Origin: Naegleria gruberi
Lineage: Eukaryota
Length of the DNA: 64,000 nt
Assembly: GCA_000004985.1 (NCBI GenBank)
Contig: GG738892.1
Reading direction: 5' to 3' (one strand)
The notes under the pieces are model-generated. The model saw only the letters and a program-made list of their open reading frames with translations, was not told where the DNA came from and searched no databases. Below are positions 1 to 12,809 of this stretch, in pieces (position 1 is the first letter of the stretch; every line of letters starts with the position of its first letter). The translations under genes and the position numbers were made by a program.

Positions 1-2207
1 GGATGGCCCTTTGGTTTTGGATTTGGGTGAATGCAAGGAATATCGCTGCCTTCTTCAACTCTATAGATACCTTCAATATAAGCCATATCATAATTAGTAC
101 CACTCTTAATATAATGAATTTGACTTAATAAATCTTGTTTCAGCTTGACTTTAAACATGTTGGTATCCATTGTCATGTCCATAACTTCTAGATCCATTGG
201 AGTTTTGATTTGTTCTGAAATTTTCTTAGTTTCACAATAATCTGAAAGCTCAATAATTGATTCTTGAGATCCGTGAATTAAAATTAGTTTTCTAGGGTTA
301 ATCTTTTGTAAAATATTCTTGATGTCTACAGGAGAGGATCTTCCTTCAAAATCTAAATAAGCTAATTTACAAAGAATTCTTACACTGACATTTTCAGATT
401 CAATCTTAGATGGAGGTTCATAATAATCTTCTTCTTCATGAATAGTATTGTCAGCCATTATTTGTTCACTTTGATCTGCTTGAAGCAATCTAAGTTTGAA
501 ATCTTCAGGGTCAACTGACTCACCATACTCATCTTTAGAAATACCTCTTTCAATACATGGAAACATCAAATATTGTGAATGATAACGCATATTCTCAGGT
601 AGGTAAAGTCTGGCATGAGTTTGAGAATCATCATCAGCACCTCCTGTTAATTCTTCTCTGAATTGTTTCGATTTCTTCAAGTCCAAATCTTCATCGTCTT
701 CATCTCTAACGTGAATAACTCTCTTATTTCTTTCTTCTTCTTCTCTTCTTTTCTTTTCAGCTTCTTGTTTCAATTGTTGTTCTTTTTCATATTTTTCCAA
801 TTCTTCTCCTTTGAGAGCAACTCTACGATACAATGTTAAACTCATATTTTCGTCTAATCTTTCTGATTTTTTAGCTCTTAACTTGTTAATCAATTTTCTT
901 GATAAAGAGTTAGGAGCAGACCTCTCAATAAACATAACCAAATTTCTTTGATCCTCACACCACTTTACAAATAGTTCTCTAGCATATCCGTAATCTAAAG
1001 TATTTGAAGAAGCCAAAACAACCATAGGTGTATGTTTTCCAGTAGTAGCTGTTTCTTCATCTTCGTCATTCATTTGATTTTCCATCATCATTCTCATTTG
1101 TTCTTTCTTTTGTAACTTGTCCATTAATTCTTCAACATTGTGACAAACACTAAAATATTGGAATTTAAATGGATTTTCACGTTTTTCATCGAATCCCTTC
1201 ATAATTTTATCACTCATCCATTCCAGTTGATGGGATGCAAATTCTATAGTTCTGTAAGCAACATTTGTCAATAAAATCAATTCAAAATTAGCCATTTGGG
1301 GATCTCTTTTCCATCTTTCTTCCAAAAGTAACATTAATTCGAAAACTCTACCAGCTGTCTCAATTGGTACAAGAACGTTTCCTCCACCGGTTAAGGTATC
1401 TGTTATTGATTTCATAATCTTGATTGCTGGTGCCTTATCTACCCCTCCAAGATCTGAGCTTGGAATAGGTTTCACATTGTATGCATCTGTGATTAAAAGA
1501 GCTGGTTTACCACCAAGTTCTCCTAATACAGACCCATTCAAATGTCTTTCTGTTTTGATGTTAAAATCTATGGCATATACAATTTCATCTGTCTCCTTTG
1601 TTAATTTCCAAATAGTACCACCTAGTGTGTGACCGGCTAAGAATGGACAAATGACTAGTTTCTCACCTTCCATTTCTGCAACAGATCCTGATGATCCAAC
1701 AACACCACCTTCACCTTCTTCTCCATTCTCATCGGTTTCTTCAATTTGTGTTATTATTGTTGTTTGTTGTGACAATGGATATCTTTGACTATATTTTAAT
1801 TGATGAATAGAATCAAAACAAAGATCTACATCATCCAAGTCAAATGTTTCAAAATCTTGATGTTGTCTTATATTTTGGTAAGCATCATAAAGATGCATTT
1901 GGCCCATTTTAACAATAGGTAATGTTGCAAATATTTTAGCCTTCTTCTTATTTTCCAAAATACCACATTTACCAACAAGATATGGTAAAGCACCACAGTG
2001 GTAAATATCACTTTGGGAAATTAAAATAGCATCAATTTTATCCCGATAATTGTTGATAATTTCTTGAATATGTGAATCCTTTGTATTAAAATTTTCATCC
2101 CATCCACAATCCAACAAAATATAATAATCATCAACAATTAATATCGAACAAACAGGTCCTTCATTTTGTGATCCAACAAGAGGAACAAATTGAATCGAAC
2201 TGCTCAT
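1..2207 (-). CDS. CPSF2: Cleavage and polyadenylation specificity factor subunit 2 (CPSF100). It is truncated at the window edge: the ATG is at 2207 and the C-terminal end runs off position 1.
   Basis: The minus strand is continuously open from the ATG at 2207-2205 to the window start; no minus ORF is listed there because the stop lies outside the window. Spot translations give GPVCSILIVDDYYILLDCGW near the N-terminus and AEMEGEKLVICPFLAGHTLG, matching the metallo-beta-lactamase/beta-CASP regions of CPSF100. It appears to be a single exon. Confidence 0.75.
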   Translation of the reverse strand, partial: MSSSIQFVPLVGSQNEGPVCSILIVDDYYILLDCGWDENFNTKDSHIQEIINNYRDKIDAILISQSDIYHCGALPYLVGKCGILENKKKAKIFATLPIVKMGQMHLYDAYQNIRQHQDFETFDLDDVDLCFDSIHQLKYSQRYPLSQQTTIITQIEETDENGEEGEGGVVGSSGSVAEMEGEKLVICPFLAGHTLGGTIWKLTKETDEIVYAIDFNIKTERHLNGSVLGELGGKPALLITDAYNVKPIPSSDLGGVDKAPAIKIMKSITDTLTGGGNVLVPIETAGRVFELMLLLEERWKRDPQMANFELILLTNVAYRTIEFASHQLEWMSDKIMKGFDEKRENPFKFQYFSVCHNVEELMDKLQKKEQMRMMMENQMNDEDEETATTGKHTPMVVLASSNTLDYGYARELFVKWCEDQRNLVMFIERSAPNSLSRKLINKLRAKKSERLDENMSLTLYRRVALKGEELEKYEKEQQLKQEAEKKRREEEERNKRVIHVRDEDDEDLDLKKSKQFREELTGGADDDSQTHARLYLPENMRYHSQYLMFPCIERGISKDEYGESVDPEDFKLRLLQADQSEQIMADNTIHEEEDYYEPPSKIESENVSVRILCKLAYLDFEGRSSPVDIKNILQKINPRKLILIHGSQESIIELSDYCETKKISEQIKTPMDLEVMDMTMDTNMFKVKLKQDLLSQIHYIKSGTNYDMAYIEGIYRVEEGSDIPCIHPNPKPKGH

Positions 2208-2396
2208 TTTTTTTAAATTTGTATTTTAATATTTTATTAATCATGGAAATCAGAGCACTTTAAAACAATTTCAAGGAGGAACCTGTTGTCTACAGTTCTG
2301 TCTTGTTTCTTCTAGAGCAACAACAAGATAAAACCAGACTTCCTAACCCCATCTTCAAAAAACAAATTAATTTTTAATTTTTAATATTTTTAAAAA
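2208..2396. promoter_or_regulatory. Short 189-bp divergent (bidirectional) promoter region between CPSF2 (-) and CstF77 (+).
   Basis: The ATG of the minus-strand gene is at 2207 and the ATG of the plus-strand gene is at 2397. The spacer is AT-rich and contains no ORF. Confidence 0.4.
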
Positions 2397-4749
2397 ATGT
2401 CCAGAGACAGGTATGCTGATCAAGATGATGACTATGAACAATCATCGGGTGGCAAAAACGACAAGATACAAAGTGCTGAAGCAAGAATCGAACTTAATAA
2501 GTATGACACAGAAGCTTGGACCGTAAGTAACAACAATCTAAAACAAATTTTCTAACATGTCATCATTAGATTTTGTTGTCAGAAGTACAAGAAATGAGCA
2601 TCATCCAAGCAAGACCATACTATGAACGATTTTTTGAAATATATCCAGTAGCTGTAAGTAATGATATTAGTGATTAATATTAACCTTCCATCAGGCAAGA
2701 TATTGGAAAATATATGCTGAACATGAATTAAAAGCAAAGAACCATACTCTAGCTGAGGAAATATTTAAAAAGGCATTGGATGCTTGCCCTAACTTTGAAT
2801 TGTGGAGATTTTATTTGGATTATATTAGGGAACATAAAAGAAATGATGTGGATACAATTCGTAAAGCCTTCGATATTTGCAAAGAAAAGGTTGGGCTTGA
2901 TATTTCAAGCTCAACTCTATGGATTGACAACATTAAATTCATAAAAGATCTTAAAGCAACTGATCAAAATGATATTCAAAACCAAATCAATCTTTTGAGA
3001 AGTCTCTATCAAGAAGCTATTCAAATTCCTATGCATGATATCGAAAAGATTTGGAAAGATTATGAAATTTTTGAAAATGAAGTCAACCCAACCAATGGGA
3101 AATCAACTCTTCAAGAATTTGCTCCAAAGTTCAAATTGGCTCTCAATAAGTATAAGGAAAAGAAAAATATCAGAGAAAATATGGGTGGAGTAGGAGGTTT
3201 ATTATTAAATATGTTGGCGACACCACCAACAAACTCTGAGAAGGAAAGATCACAAAAACAAATCTGGAAGGATTTAATAGAACTTGAAAAGAGAAATTCA
3301 CAAAGACTAACAGCTGATGAACTCAAAAGAAGAGTTCTTTTTGTTTATAGTCAATGCTTCCTCTGTTTTAGACATCATCCTGATATTTGGTATGATGCTG
3401 CTAATTATTTGATTTCTATTCAGTGTCACGATGAAGCAACAATAGTTTTTCAACGTGGATGTAACGCATTATTACCTGTTCCAAAATCATTGGATGCCAA
3501 TCAATCACAAGAGGGAAGTATTTTACTCCATCTTGCATTTTCAGAATATTTGGAATCAAGAAAGCTCTTTGACGAAGCAGCTAAAGTTTTCAAAACTCTT
3601 ATCACATCAAAACATGACCCTCTAGTTTTTATTCAATATATCAGATTTATGAGACGTACCAAAGGAACAGAAGGAGCTAGAGAAGCATTTATTGAAGTTA
3701 AAAAATCTCCAAAATGTACATACCATGTGTGGGTTGCATCAGCTCTTCTTGAATATACTACTAACAATCAACCAGAGACTGCAAGAAAATTTTTCAAACT
3801 AGGTCAGAATCAACCATTCGGAAAAGAACCAGGTTTTATTCTTGAATACTTAAAATTCCTAGACCATCTAAATGATAAGAATAACTCTAGAGTTCTTTTT
3901 GAAACAATTCTTAATGAATTACCAAAAGAACAATCCTCTGAAATATGGAATAGATTTTTACAATTTGAATACTCAATAGGCGATTTGAATTCGATAGAAA
4001 AGGTTGAACAAAGAAAACTTGCAGCCTTTTCAGAGAATGCTGAAAATAATACACCTTCTAATAGTGGTTTCGAAAATACAGTCAACGCTACCAACAGCCT
4101 TATAAATCTCATCAATAGAAGCAAGTTTTTAGATTTATGGCCTTGTACACCTAGTGAAATGGAGTTACTCAATTTGAAAGCACAAGAAAGCGAGAAAGTG
4201 CCAACAGAAGACGATATCCATATCAAATATTCTAAATCATTTTATCGTGTTGATTACACAAAGCAAATCATGTTTACAAACACTAGACAACAAAATCAAG
4301 GCTCAGTAGATAAACTCAATAGTAATCGTACAGCACCTCCAACAGTTTCTCTCCCTCCAGAATTCAACAAATTTAGACAATACCTTAACCAAAAGAGACT
4401 TTTCCTTCCGGATTTTAAGCAAATGTGTGAATTCAAAGTTATTCCAAACCATGTCTCACAATCTAATTCATCCCTTCCCCTAGTAACAGTACATGATGAG
4501 CAAGTAATTCCTCATACAGTACTTCAGATTTTAAGGAGAATGCCTCAACAACATTTTGCTGTTATTCCTCCAGATTATGTTATTAATGCATTGATGACAA
4601 CTCCACTTCCACCCCCACCTGAATCAGATCTTAAAAGAGGTAGAAATGAATATGAAAATGTTGATTATGACCAAGAGTATGATGATGAAGGTCCAGCAGA
4701 TAGAGCCTATGATGATATTTACACAAAGAGAAGAAAGCAAAGGAAATAA
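2397..4749 (+). CDS. CSTF3: Cleavage stimulation factor 77 kDa subunit (CstF-77, Rna14 or suppressor-of-forked family, HAT repeats), 3 exons.
   Basis: Exons are 2397..2522, 2570..2653 and 2695..4749. The introns are 47 and 41 nt, both with GTAAGT donors and AG acceptors. N-terminal exons encode MSRDRYADQDD...EAWT, ILLSEVQEMSIIQARPYYERFFEIYPVA and ARYWKIYAEHELKAK, aligning with human CstF77 (DAWSILIREAQNQPI...GRFWKLYIEAEIKAK). The rest is the 657-aa ORF with HAT-repeat signatures and a proline-rich C-terminus. Confidence 0.85.
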
Positions 4750-4957
4750 ATTCTTCTTTTTAATTAAGAATCTTTATATGAAGCACCTGATTTGAACAAA
4801 CGACCCCGTAACAGCTTCAAACGTAATCTTCCATTTCCAATTCGATCACTTCCTCAACACCTTGCTCGCATTTCAATAAGGAAGCCAAAGATAGAAACAC
4901 TTCATTGGGCCGACCAGAGAAATCTTTTACCAACAATCCACCCCACAGAATAAAAAA

Positions 4958-6976
4958 ATGAAGAACACACAACTGATATTTGGTCTCTCTGCACTCCTAT
5001 GTTTTATTCTCCTCAATCAATTGTTTGTTTTCATTAAGGCTGATGTGTATATGCACAATCCTAGAGGCTCAAATGATAGGTAGGTAACATTGTTGTGAAA
5101 ACAATGTTTTATTAAAATCTTAATAATAATAGAAATTGCGAGTTCCATGCTAACAGAAATAATGCAAATAGATTGTTCGACAGTCAAAATAATGCTGCAG
5201 GTGGTGTAAGTATTGAAAATTGGAAGATAACCATAGATTTATGGATTTTATTGTTGTTGGACTATATTGTTGTAATTTTAAAACAAACAGTATGCTTGCC
5301 CAAGAATGATCGGAGGTCCAGAAGTAGTTACACCAAGAATGTAAGTTTTTATTATTGTTGAATTGTAAATATTAACTTTATTAAGGTACTATTATGTAGG
5401 AAGTGAATTACCTATTGAATGGACCTCACAACACTCATGTGGTTTCAGAAATACTTATTGTAACGTTGTTATTCAATACATGTGTAATGATACAGCTCCA
5501 AATCTCAGAGATGGTACTCCTGAGAATGAAAAGGATGCTGCCACTGACACTATTTCAGAAGCCACCAATAACAATCCAAGATATGGATTGCACGAACCAA
5601 TGGAATATTACATGAAATGTAGAACAAGAAGAAGAAACTCTGGTCTCTATATTGCTGATCAAAGACAAGAAAATTGGGGAAGACTTTTGGAAAATAGCCC
5701 TGCTGTAGAAACAAGACAAAATCCAAACGGAAATAGACACGGTTGGGAATGTCCTGAAGAAAGAGATTATTATCCTTATTGGCATCCAACTCCTTGGAAA
5801 GATATTGCCATCTTTACTTTCAATACATCCATGTGTCAATGGTATCAAGAAAATTCTGAAAATGTTCGTGGAAGAGGAGAATGCTTACAAGAAAGTGGAG
5901 CACCATCTCCTTTCAATAATGAAAAGAGTTGCATTTCTGGAGGTCATAATTGGCATGTGAGACCAGCTCATGGTGTTGATCCACCAGAATGTATAAGTGC
6001 TGATATTATCAATGTTAGAGATAACCATTTGGGTAATACTTACAATGGTCAATTGGTAAATTACAAGTGGTATATTCCAAATGATGTTCATGAAAATTGT
6101 GTTGTGAGAATTAGATATAATATTACAACTGGTGATTATCATCCATTCGAAACTGATTCCACTTTCAATTATCCAAAGTCACCTCTTAAACAAGATCCAT
6201 TTGAAAACTTTGAATATCCTTCATGGTTATCATTGGCTGTTAACACAAATCAATATGGTAGAACATTCCAAGATAGAAGTTATGTTTTCTCAATTAAGGA
6301 AAGACCATCAACTATTCCTGCTTGGGCAAAGATTTACAATTTGAATGTGAGAGGAAAGAGAGGTAACATTGTTCAAACATTCCCTTCCACTGAATATGAC
6401 TTTGTTCCAAATTTCTTGGAAGCCAGAGGAGGTGATTTTATTCATATTCAATGGACTGGTTCTGATTACAATCCACAAAGAAATCCAAATGATGCTGAAG
6501 GTGCTCCAAATACTGGTGACAGAAGCAATTTGGTACAATCAGATAATTCTGGTTTCAATTATCCAAGAAATTATACCAGAGTTACAATGTTCTTAAAAGA
6601 TGATGGTACTCCAGATCTTGATTTTATCACTAGATTGGCTTTCATTGATCAACCAATTCAAAACACTTCTGAATGTATGGATTGGAAGTCATTGTTGGAA
6701 AAGAATGGTGGTAATAAGAATAAGGCTGAACAAGATTGCAACAATTGTGCCAAGCTCAACAATGCTCCAAATGGTCCATATTTTGATGGTGGACTTCATG
6801 AATTGAAGGCAAACGGTATGTTTGCTTACATGTCAACCAGAAACAACAATTTCTCAAACAGAAGTCACAAGGGTTATTTGATTGTTACAGGTGCCAGATT
6901 TAATAATTCTGACAAGTTAAAGATGTCCATGACTTTCATTGGTTTGATTTTCATGATTATCTTGATGCTTTAAATA
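4958..6976 (+). CDS. Secreted DD3-3-family protein (Dictyostelium DD3-3-like). It has a signal peptide and a C-terminal hydrophobic tail that may be a GPI signal; 4 exons.
   Basis: Proposed exons are 4958..5079, 5133..5205, 5291..5340 and 5386..6976. The N-terminus MKNTQLIFGLSALLCFILLNQLFVFIKA looks like a signal peptide, followed by DVYMHNPRGSNDRNCEFHANRNN. This is the characteristic start of DD3-3-like proteins as I recall it. The protein is Cys- and Trp-rich and ends ...MTFIGLIFMIILML. The 5' exon structure is approximate. Confidence 0.55.
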
Positions 6977-7019
6977 TTTAACATTAATAAATTAAATATA
7001 CAAATTTTAAAAGTTTAAT

Positions 7020-7857
7020 TTAAACAAGTCTGGAATCAATATCACCATAGAGCATCTTACGAAGTTCTGGCAGCTTTTGTTCTTGACACAAATAAACACG
7101 CTTTTCTAAAGTGTTATCAATCTTAATCAAGTCATTCTTTGAGTGAACAAGAACACCACCAGCAGCGTTGGCAGCCAAGTAGTTCTTCTTTTGGACAGTG
7201 ATTTTAACATCCATGTTAGTCTTATTCTTATAAGCAGTTTGAACACTAGCCATTTGAGAGGCAACCAATTCGTAATCTTGTTCTCTGCAGTATACGTTAA
7301 GTTCGGAATCAAGGAAACGGAGAGCAGCTTGCAAGACCAAATCGTGCAAAAGCTTCTTGTACACATCCTTGTTGAGAATAGCCTTCTTAATTTGTTCCAA
7401 AGCTTCAGCAACCATATCCTTCAAAATTTCTTCCTTCAATTTCAAAATTTCCAAACGAGCAGATTTAATTTCGTTTGAGTGATCGATTTTCTTTTTTATA
7501 ATAACTTGTTGTTCCTTCTTGTTATAATCTTCTCTGATTTTCTTTTTACCATCTTCAACGAGGTTTTGTTTTTCAATGGCAAAGTCTTCTCTGGTTTGGA
7601 GTTCAATTTCATCGGCCTTTTCCTTGGCTTCACTCTTGATGAAATTAATCATTTGAGCGATTTTGGTGTCATTGCCTGTTGTTAAATATTGTTGTTAGTG
7701 GTGAAAAAGAGGATTAGAAGAATGTAACGAAGAGAGTAATGTTATTGTTATTTCATGAATAGTTGTGTAATAACAAGTTTAAAATAATACTAGTATTGGC
7801 ATCATGGATGTTGAAAAACTATTCTAACATACCTTGGGTTGGTAAAGCTCTGCTCAT
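7020..7857 (-). CDS. ATP6V1E: V-type proton ATPase subunit E, 2 exons.
   Basis: Exons on the minus strand are 7833..7857 and 7020..7675, separated by a 157-nt intron with a GTATGT donor. The protein MSRALPTQGNDTKIAQMINFIKSEAKEKADEIELQ...KLLHDLVLQAALRFL aligns with human ATP6V1E1 ([25 protein letters not shown]...). Confidence 0.85.
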
Positions 7858-8021
7858 TTTTATGTGGATATTTTTTTTGTGAGTGTTTTAAAAATTATTT
7901 TAATTTTAAAAAATATCGAAATTTTCCTCCGTCCAAAACAATTCAACATGACAAACGGAGGCAGCAAGGCCGGAGTACAAAGATTCCGTAAGATTTAAAA
8001 AATTTAATATTATTATTTTAT

Positions 8022-9233
8022 TTAATAATTGACAGCATTCTTGATCATTTCGAAACATTTGATAACACCTGGAACGTAGTACTTTTCGTGAACAAGTGGG
8101 AATGGAGTATCCAAACCACAGACACGAATAACAGGTGATTCCAAATGTAAGAAACATTTTTCTTGAACAGTGGCAGCAACTTCAGCACCAAAACCACCAG
8201 TAATTGGAGCTTCGTGACTGACAACACATCTACCAGTCTTTTGAACTGATTTGACAACTGTTTCAACATCCCATGGAACAATAGTTCTCAAATCTATTAA
8301 TTCACAATCAATACCAATTTCCTTAGCCATAGCAACAGCCTTTTCAAGGACATATAATTGACTTCCCCAACCTATAACTGTGACATCTTTACCTTCCTTT
8401 AAAACTTCAGCCTTTCCGAGTGGAATCTTATATGCTTCATTTGGAACAAGACTAACACTTGAACGATATAAAATCTTTGGTTCAAAGAAAATCACTGGAT
8501 TTCTATCTTCAATACTTGATAATAATAAACCCTTAGCTTGGACTGGATTTCTTGGAATAACAACCTTAAGACCTGGTGTATGAGCAAAATAGGCTTCTGG
8601 TGATTGAGAGTGGTAATGTCCACCATGTCCAACAGCACTACTTGGTGTACGAATTGTTAAACCTCCAACATCAAACAAATTTCCACTTCTGAAACGGTAT
8701 TTAGCAGCTTCATTGACAATTTGGTCAAATGCAGGGAAAATGTAATCAGCAAATTGAATTTCAGCAATTGCAGTATGTCCCATAGCAGCAACACCAACAC
8801 CAAATCCGATAACACCTTGTTCACACAATGGTGTGTTGAAAACACGATCCTTGCCGAATTGATCACGTAAATCGACTGTACATCTAAAAACTCCTCCAAA
8901 AGCAACATCTTCACCAAAAACCAATGCAGTAGAATCCTTTTCCATAGCTTGCTTCATAGCAATATTAATACTATTGCACAAGTTCAATTCAGTAGAATTA
9001 CTTTCGGTAATGTTGACTTCTTCTGGATTATGGTGATAGACAAGTTCGTGTTTATAATTCTTGTATTTGTTGACATCAATTTTATGATCATCTAATTTGT
9101 AAACATCTTCCTCCAATGCTGGTTTACTTTTTTGAACAAGTGATGATGAGAAGAATTTTTGTTGAGAGGAGAAGATTTTTGGTTTTAAAACACTATTAAC
9201 AGTGCGGGAAAGAGAGGAGCGTGAAAGTTTCAT
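8022..9233 (-). CDS. BCKDHB: Branched-chain 2-oxoacid dehydrogenase E1 component beta subunit, mitochondrial (transketolase-like), single exon.
   Basis: The 403-aa ORF has a basic N-terminal presequence ([19 protein letters not shown]...) and a conserved core: [36 protein letters not shown] and PWDVETV, ending [14 protein letters not shown]. Confidence 0.85.
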   Translation of the reverse strand: MKLSRSSLSRTVNSVLKPKIFSSQQKFFSSSLVQKSKPALEEDVYKLDDHKIDVNKYKNYKHELVYHHNPEEVNITESNSTELNLCNSINIAMKQAMEKDSTALVFGEDVAFGGVFRCTVDLRDQFGKDRVFNTPLCEQGVIGFGVGVAAMGHTAIAEIQFADYIFPAFDQIVNEAAKYRFRSGNLFDVGGLTIRTPSSAVGHGGHYHSQSPEAYFAHTPGLKVVIPRNPVQAKGLLLSSIEDRNPVIFFEPKILYRSSVSLVPNEAYKIPLGKAEVLKEGKDVTVIGWGSQLYVLEKAVAMAKEIGIDCELIDLRTIVPWDVETVVKSVQKTGRCVVSHEAPITGGFGAEVAATVQEKCFLHLESPVIRVCGLDTPFPLVHEKYYVPGVIKCFEMIKNAVNY

Positions 9234-9475
9234 TTTTTTTTAATTTTCATTTAAATTTTCAAAAAGGCTTTGTTTTGTTGGCTCATCATGGTGTTGATAA
9301 TTTTTGTAAAACAAAGCTCAGCATTTATCTAGTAACACAAGAAGGTAATGACTTTAAAATTCTATATTTTTCAAGGTTGAAGATATTAACAAGTTGTTAG
9401 ACTGAATGAAAATGATGCTTCTAACATGGAACCCTATTAATAACACAAAACATCAAAAAATTAAATACAAAAAAA

Positions 9476-10462
9476 ATGATTTATCTCCTGGAGCAAATTT
9501 CGTACTTTCCCCTCTCATTTACGATCGTTTTGATTAATACAATTGTTTTCTTCATATTAAGTTTTGGAAGAATACCTTCGGAATTTGTCAGTTATAATTA
9601 TGATAAAATTATTGGCGAAAAACAAGTATGGAGAATTGTTACATCAACATTCTCTCATTTTAGTATAATTCATATTTTGTTTAATTTGGGATCTTTGTGG
9701 GGAATGAGACAGGTTGAATTAATTGGACAAGAGACATTGGGTTCTCATTCATTCCATTCAGTAATGGAATATTTCAAAATTACATTCTTACTCTTAGTTT
9801 TTTCAACTCTTTTTATTACAGTAACTTACTTCTGTTTGGTTAAATTTATGAAATGGGAAAATTATAGACAGGTAAATATTGTAGGATACAGTGGAGGTAT
9901 GTCAATTGGAGTTTTTAAACAAATTTTTAAATGATTTTTAGTATTATTTGGAATGATGACAATGTCAATTCTTCAAAATGGAATTTCATCTAAGGGGTCT
10001 TCAATGTTTGGATTAAATTTACCAAATATTTTAATGCCTTTCATGTCATTGATTTTAACTCAAATGTTGATTCCACAAGCAAGTTTTGTAGGGCATTTAG
10101 GAGGAATTGTTGGTGCTTTCATAACATATTATGGTATTTTAATTTGGATGCTTGATGTAGTTTTTATTGTAATCTTTTCCTTGACTGCTTTGGTGTTGTT
10201 GGCGAGTGCAGGTTGGACAATATTTAAAAATCGTAATTCGATAACTGTTCCTTCATTTATTAAGAGAGCTTGGCAAAAGATTTCTTCAGTATTTAGAAGA
10301 GGATCTAATACAATTAGAAATGGGTAAGTTTATTGATATATGAATTATAGCATTTATCAAATATATTGAACTAGTGTCATTAATCAACATCCACAAGAGC
10401 AAGAACAAGTTTTCAGTGATGAAGATGAAGAAGAGCTACCAGACAGAAGAAATAATGTATAG
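9476..10462 (+). CDS. Rhomboid-family intramembrane serine protease, 3 exons.
   Basis: Exons are 9476..9896, 9942..10323 and 10375..10462, with introns of 45 and 51 nt. The second transmembrane helix carries the rhomboid signature WRIVTSTFSHFSIIHILFNLGSLW. The catalytic GYSG is reconstituted across intron 1 (GYSGVLFGMM), and the catalytic His lies in GHLGGIVGAF. The third exon adds an acidic tail, QEQEQVFSDEDEEELPDRRNNV. Confidence 0.7.
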
Positions 10463-10832
10463 ATATCATGTCTGATTAATCTAAATCAGTTGTAAATATA
10501 TTCACATTAAACGATCTTTCAATATTTTATTCCTCAATCTTTCAATCTTGCTTGTTTGCCTTAGTCCCCATCAAAATAATAATGGATTACACAACCCCAT
10601 ATACCCTCACATTCATTCATAAACAAACAGCAGAGCAACATGCAAACTAAATTTGATCAACACTGTACGTGACCTTTTTCAAAACAAAAAAAACAAGTCC
10701 GCAACCTATAAGAGTCTATCTCCTGTGACCTGATTGTCACCAAATAATAATCATCAAATTGGTAGATGAAGTACTGCAAGTAGTACCACTTTCGAAAATT
10801 GTATCACCACAAATTCTTGTTCTTCAGTACAG

Positions 10833-12529
10833 ATGCAACAACAATTTATTGTACCTTCGGATAATGAAATTTTAGAAGCGATTGGTAGGTTATTGTGTGT
10901 TGGTTGTTGATTAATATAATTACCAATAATCGAATTGTGTGTTGGTTGTTGATTAATATAATTACCAATAATCGAATAGGTAAACCTGTCCCTGCCATGT
11001 TTATTCCAGGTGATTGCTTTCAAAATTTGAAATTACCAGGACCAAATGATTGGCTCAACCGATACAAGGAAGAAGGTCAAACATTTTACAACTTTATTTC
11101 TTCACAGGAAGAAAATCCGTAAGTATTCTCATGTCACAAATTTAATCGAGCAAAATGTTGATCTATAGTGAAGAAGAAACAGAAAAGAGAATTTATCTTG
11201 TTCCTGTTGGATCATTTGAGAAAGAAAATGCTCCTGATTTGAATGTTTTATTGGAATATATTTCTGTGTTTTTTAATTGTGGAAATGTTCAATTACTTCC
11301 ACGTATTGAATTGATTGGAGAAGATCAAGTTAAAATGGAGGAAAAACAGGTTGTTACAAATAGTAATTTACATTCTAATCACTTGTTGAGTGCAAAAACA
11401 AAAAACTCAGTTTCAGATAAAATTGCCAAACAGAGGAAACAACAGAATTCATCAAAATATATAAATGAACATAATCATTGGAATTTTACTCATGATAATG
11501 CACTTACAATACAAACTCAAGATAAATCTTTGAATGAATCAGTTTCACCTAAACAGAGAAAGAAAAAGAAACGAAAAAAGGAAAAAGTTGAAAAAAAGAA
11601 AATGTATTTAAAAATTGGAGATTCATATGAGGCAGTAACATGTAGGAAAGCATTAGACCATGATCAGATACAGTTATCAATTTCTGACGTATTGGATGTG
11701 TTAGAAATGCAAGTTTTACCTGATGATGCATTTTGCATGATTGCCTTGACACTAACTGATTTGTATATGGACGAGGATGATTTATTTGTTGTGGGATGGG
11801 CTGGGAACTTTTCTGCTCTCTTTTCATTTGCTAGATATGATCCAAATTTTACTCATACTTTGAATGGAGGTAGAACTTCAGCTTCTTCTCATCAACAAAC
11901 TGAGGAAAACAATAATTTGGGAGTTAATCAAAGAATTGATCTTATTCTGAAGAGATGTTTAAAAACTGTTGTACATGAAACGTAAGTAATTTTGAAGATA
12001 TGTCAAATATATAATTTGTTTATTCAGGTTGCATATTTTTGGACTAAGACACTGTATATTTTATTCATGCTTAATGAATGGAACTGCTTCACTGCATGAA
12101 GATGATGAGACACCAATGTTTATGTGCCCTATTTGTGAAAGGAAACTTCAATACGTTTTAAAGTTTGATGTGATAAATAGGTATAGGAAAATGTTGGACT
12201 TTTTCGAGAATTATTTATCAACTCACAATTTTGGAGAAGAGGTTCAGTGGATTAAGAAGAGAATTTCATTTCTCGAATCTATTCAACACGATAATTCAAA
12301 TGAATCAAAGTATGGAGACATTCTACTGCCAATGAGACCAGCAACGAGTGAACGAGATGTCTTTATGAGTCCAATGCACCCACCTCTCAACTCAATGAGT
12401 GAGCTCTTACTATCTCATCAACAAAATTCAAACAGAAATCGATGTCGATGTAATAATTATCTTTGTAAATATACTTCCTCAACTGGAGAAGATTCAAGTG
12501 AAACCGATACAGATGATTCTAATGAGTAA
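10833..12529 (+). CDS. AMZ: Archaemetzincin (AMZ-type zinc metalloprotease), 4 exons.
   Basis: Exons are 10833..10884, 10980..11118, 11151..11981 and 12028..12529. The HExxHxxGxxH zinc site is split by the last intron (VVHET|LHIFGLRHC), followed by the Cys motifs CIFYSCLM and CPICERKLQ. The protein aligns with human AMZ2 along its length (DDAFCMIALTLTDLY...FSFARY). The proposed intron 2 is only 32 nt. Confidence 0.8.
10893..10976. repeat. Perfect tandem duplication of a 42-bp unit (2 copies) inside intron 1 of the archaemetzincin gene.
   Basis: The unit ttgtgtgttggttgttgattaatataattaccaataatcgaa occurs twice head-to-tail. It underlies the spurious ORFs at 10754..11023 and 10895..11122. Confidence 0.7.
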
Positions 12530-12809
12530 AAACAACTTTCAATCAGAAGGGTCCTTATAATCACGGTAAATCATGCTATTAGAGCAATGTATTATTTTTT
12601 GGATTTTGTCTCATCATTAAGGTCACAAAAAGTAACATTCAAGATTGTGAGACAATTTACTCCTTCTTTTGAAATTGAAGAACAAGAAGAATAAATTTAT
12701 GGTTCACCTTCAAAAAAAAAATATTAAACGAGAGAAACCAGCAAAACTTGTTGGTTCGGAACAGAGAATTTTTGATTACTTCATCACCAATAATAAGAAT
12801 ATATAAACA

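Noticed and set aside
3111-4226. Antisense ORFs (3111..3326, 3810..4226) inside the CstF77 coding region.
   Set aside because: They are shadow ORFs opposite a well-supported conserved gene, have low-complexity translations and no start context.
9871-9883. A gtaaatattgtag segment in rhomboid exon 1 that superficially looks like an intron.
   Set aside because: It is only 13 nt, the reading frame is continuous through it, and it encodes part of a TM segment (YRQVNIVGYSG). It is treated as coding.
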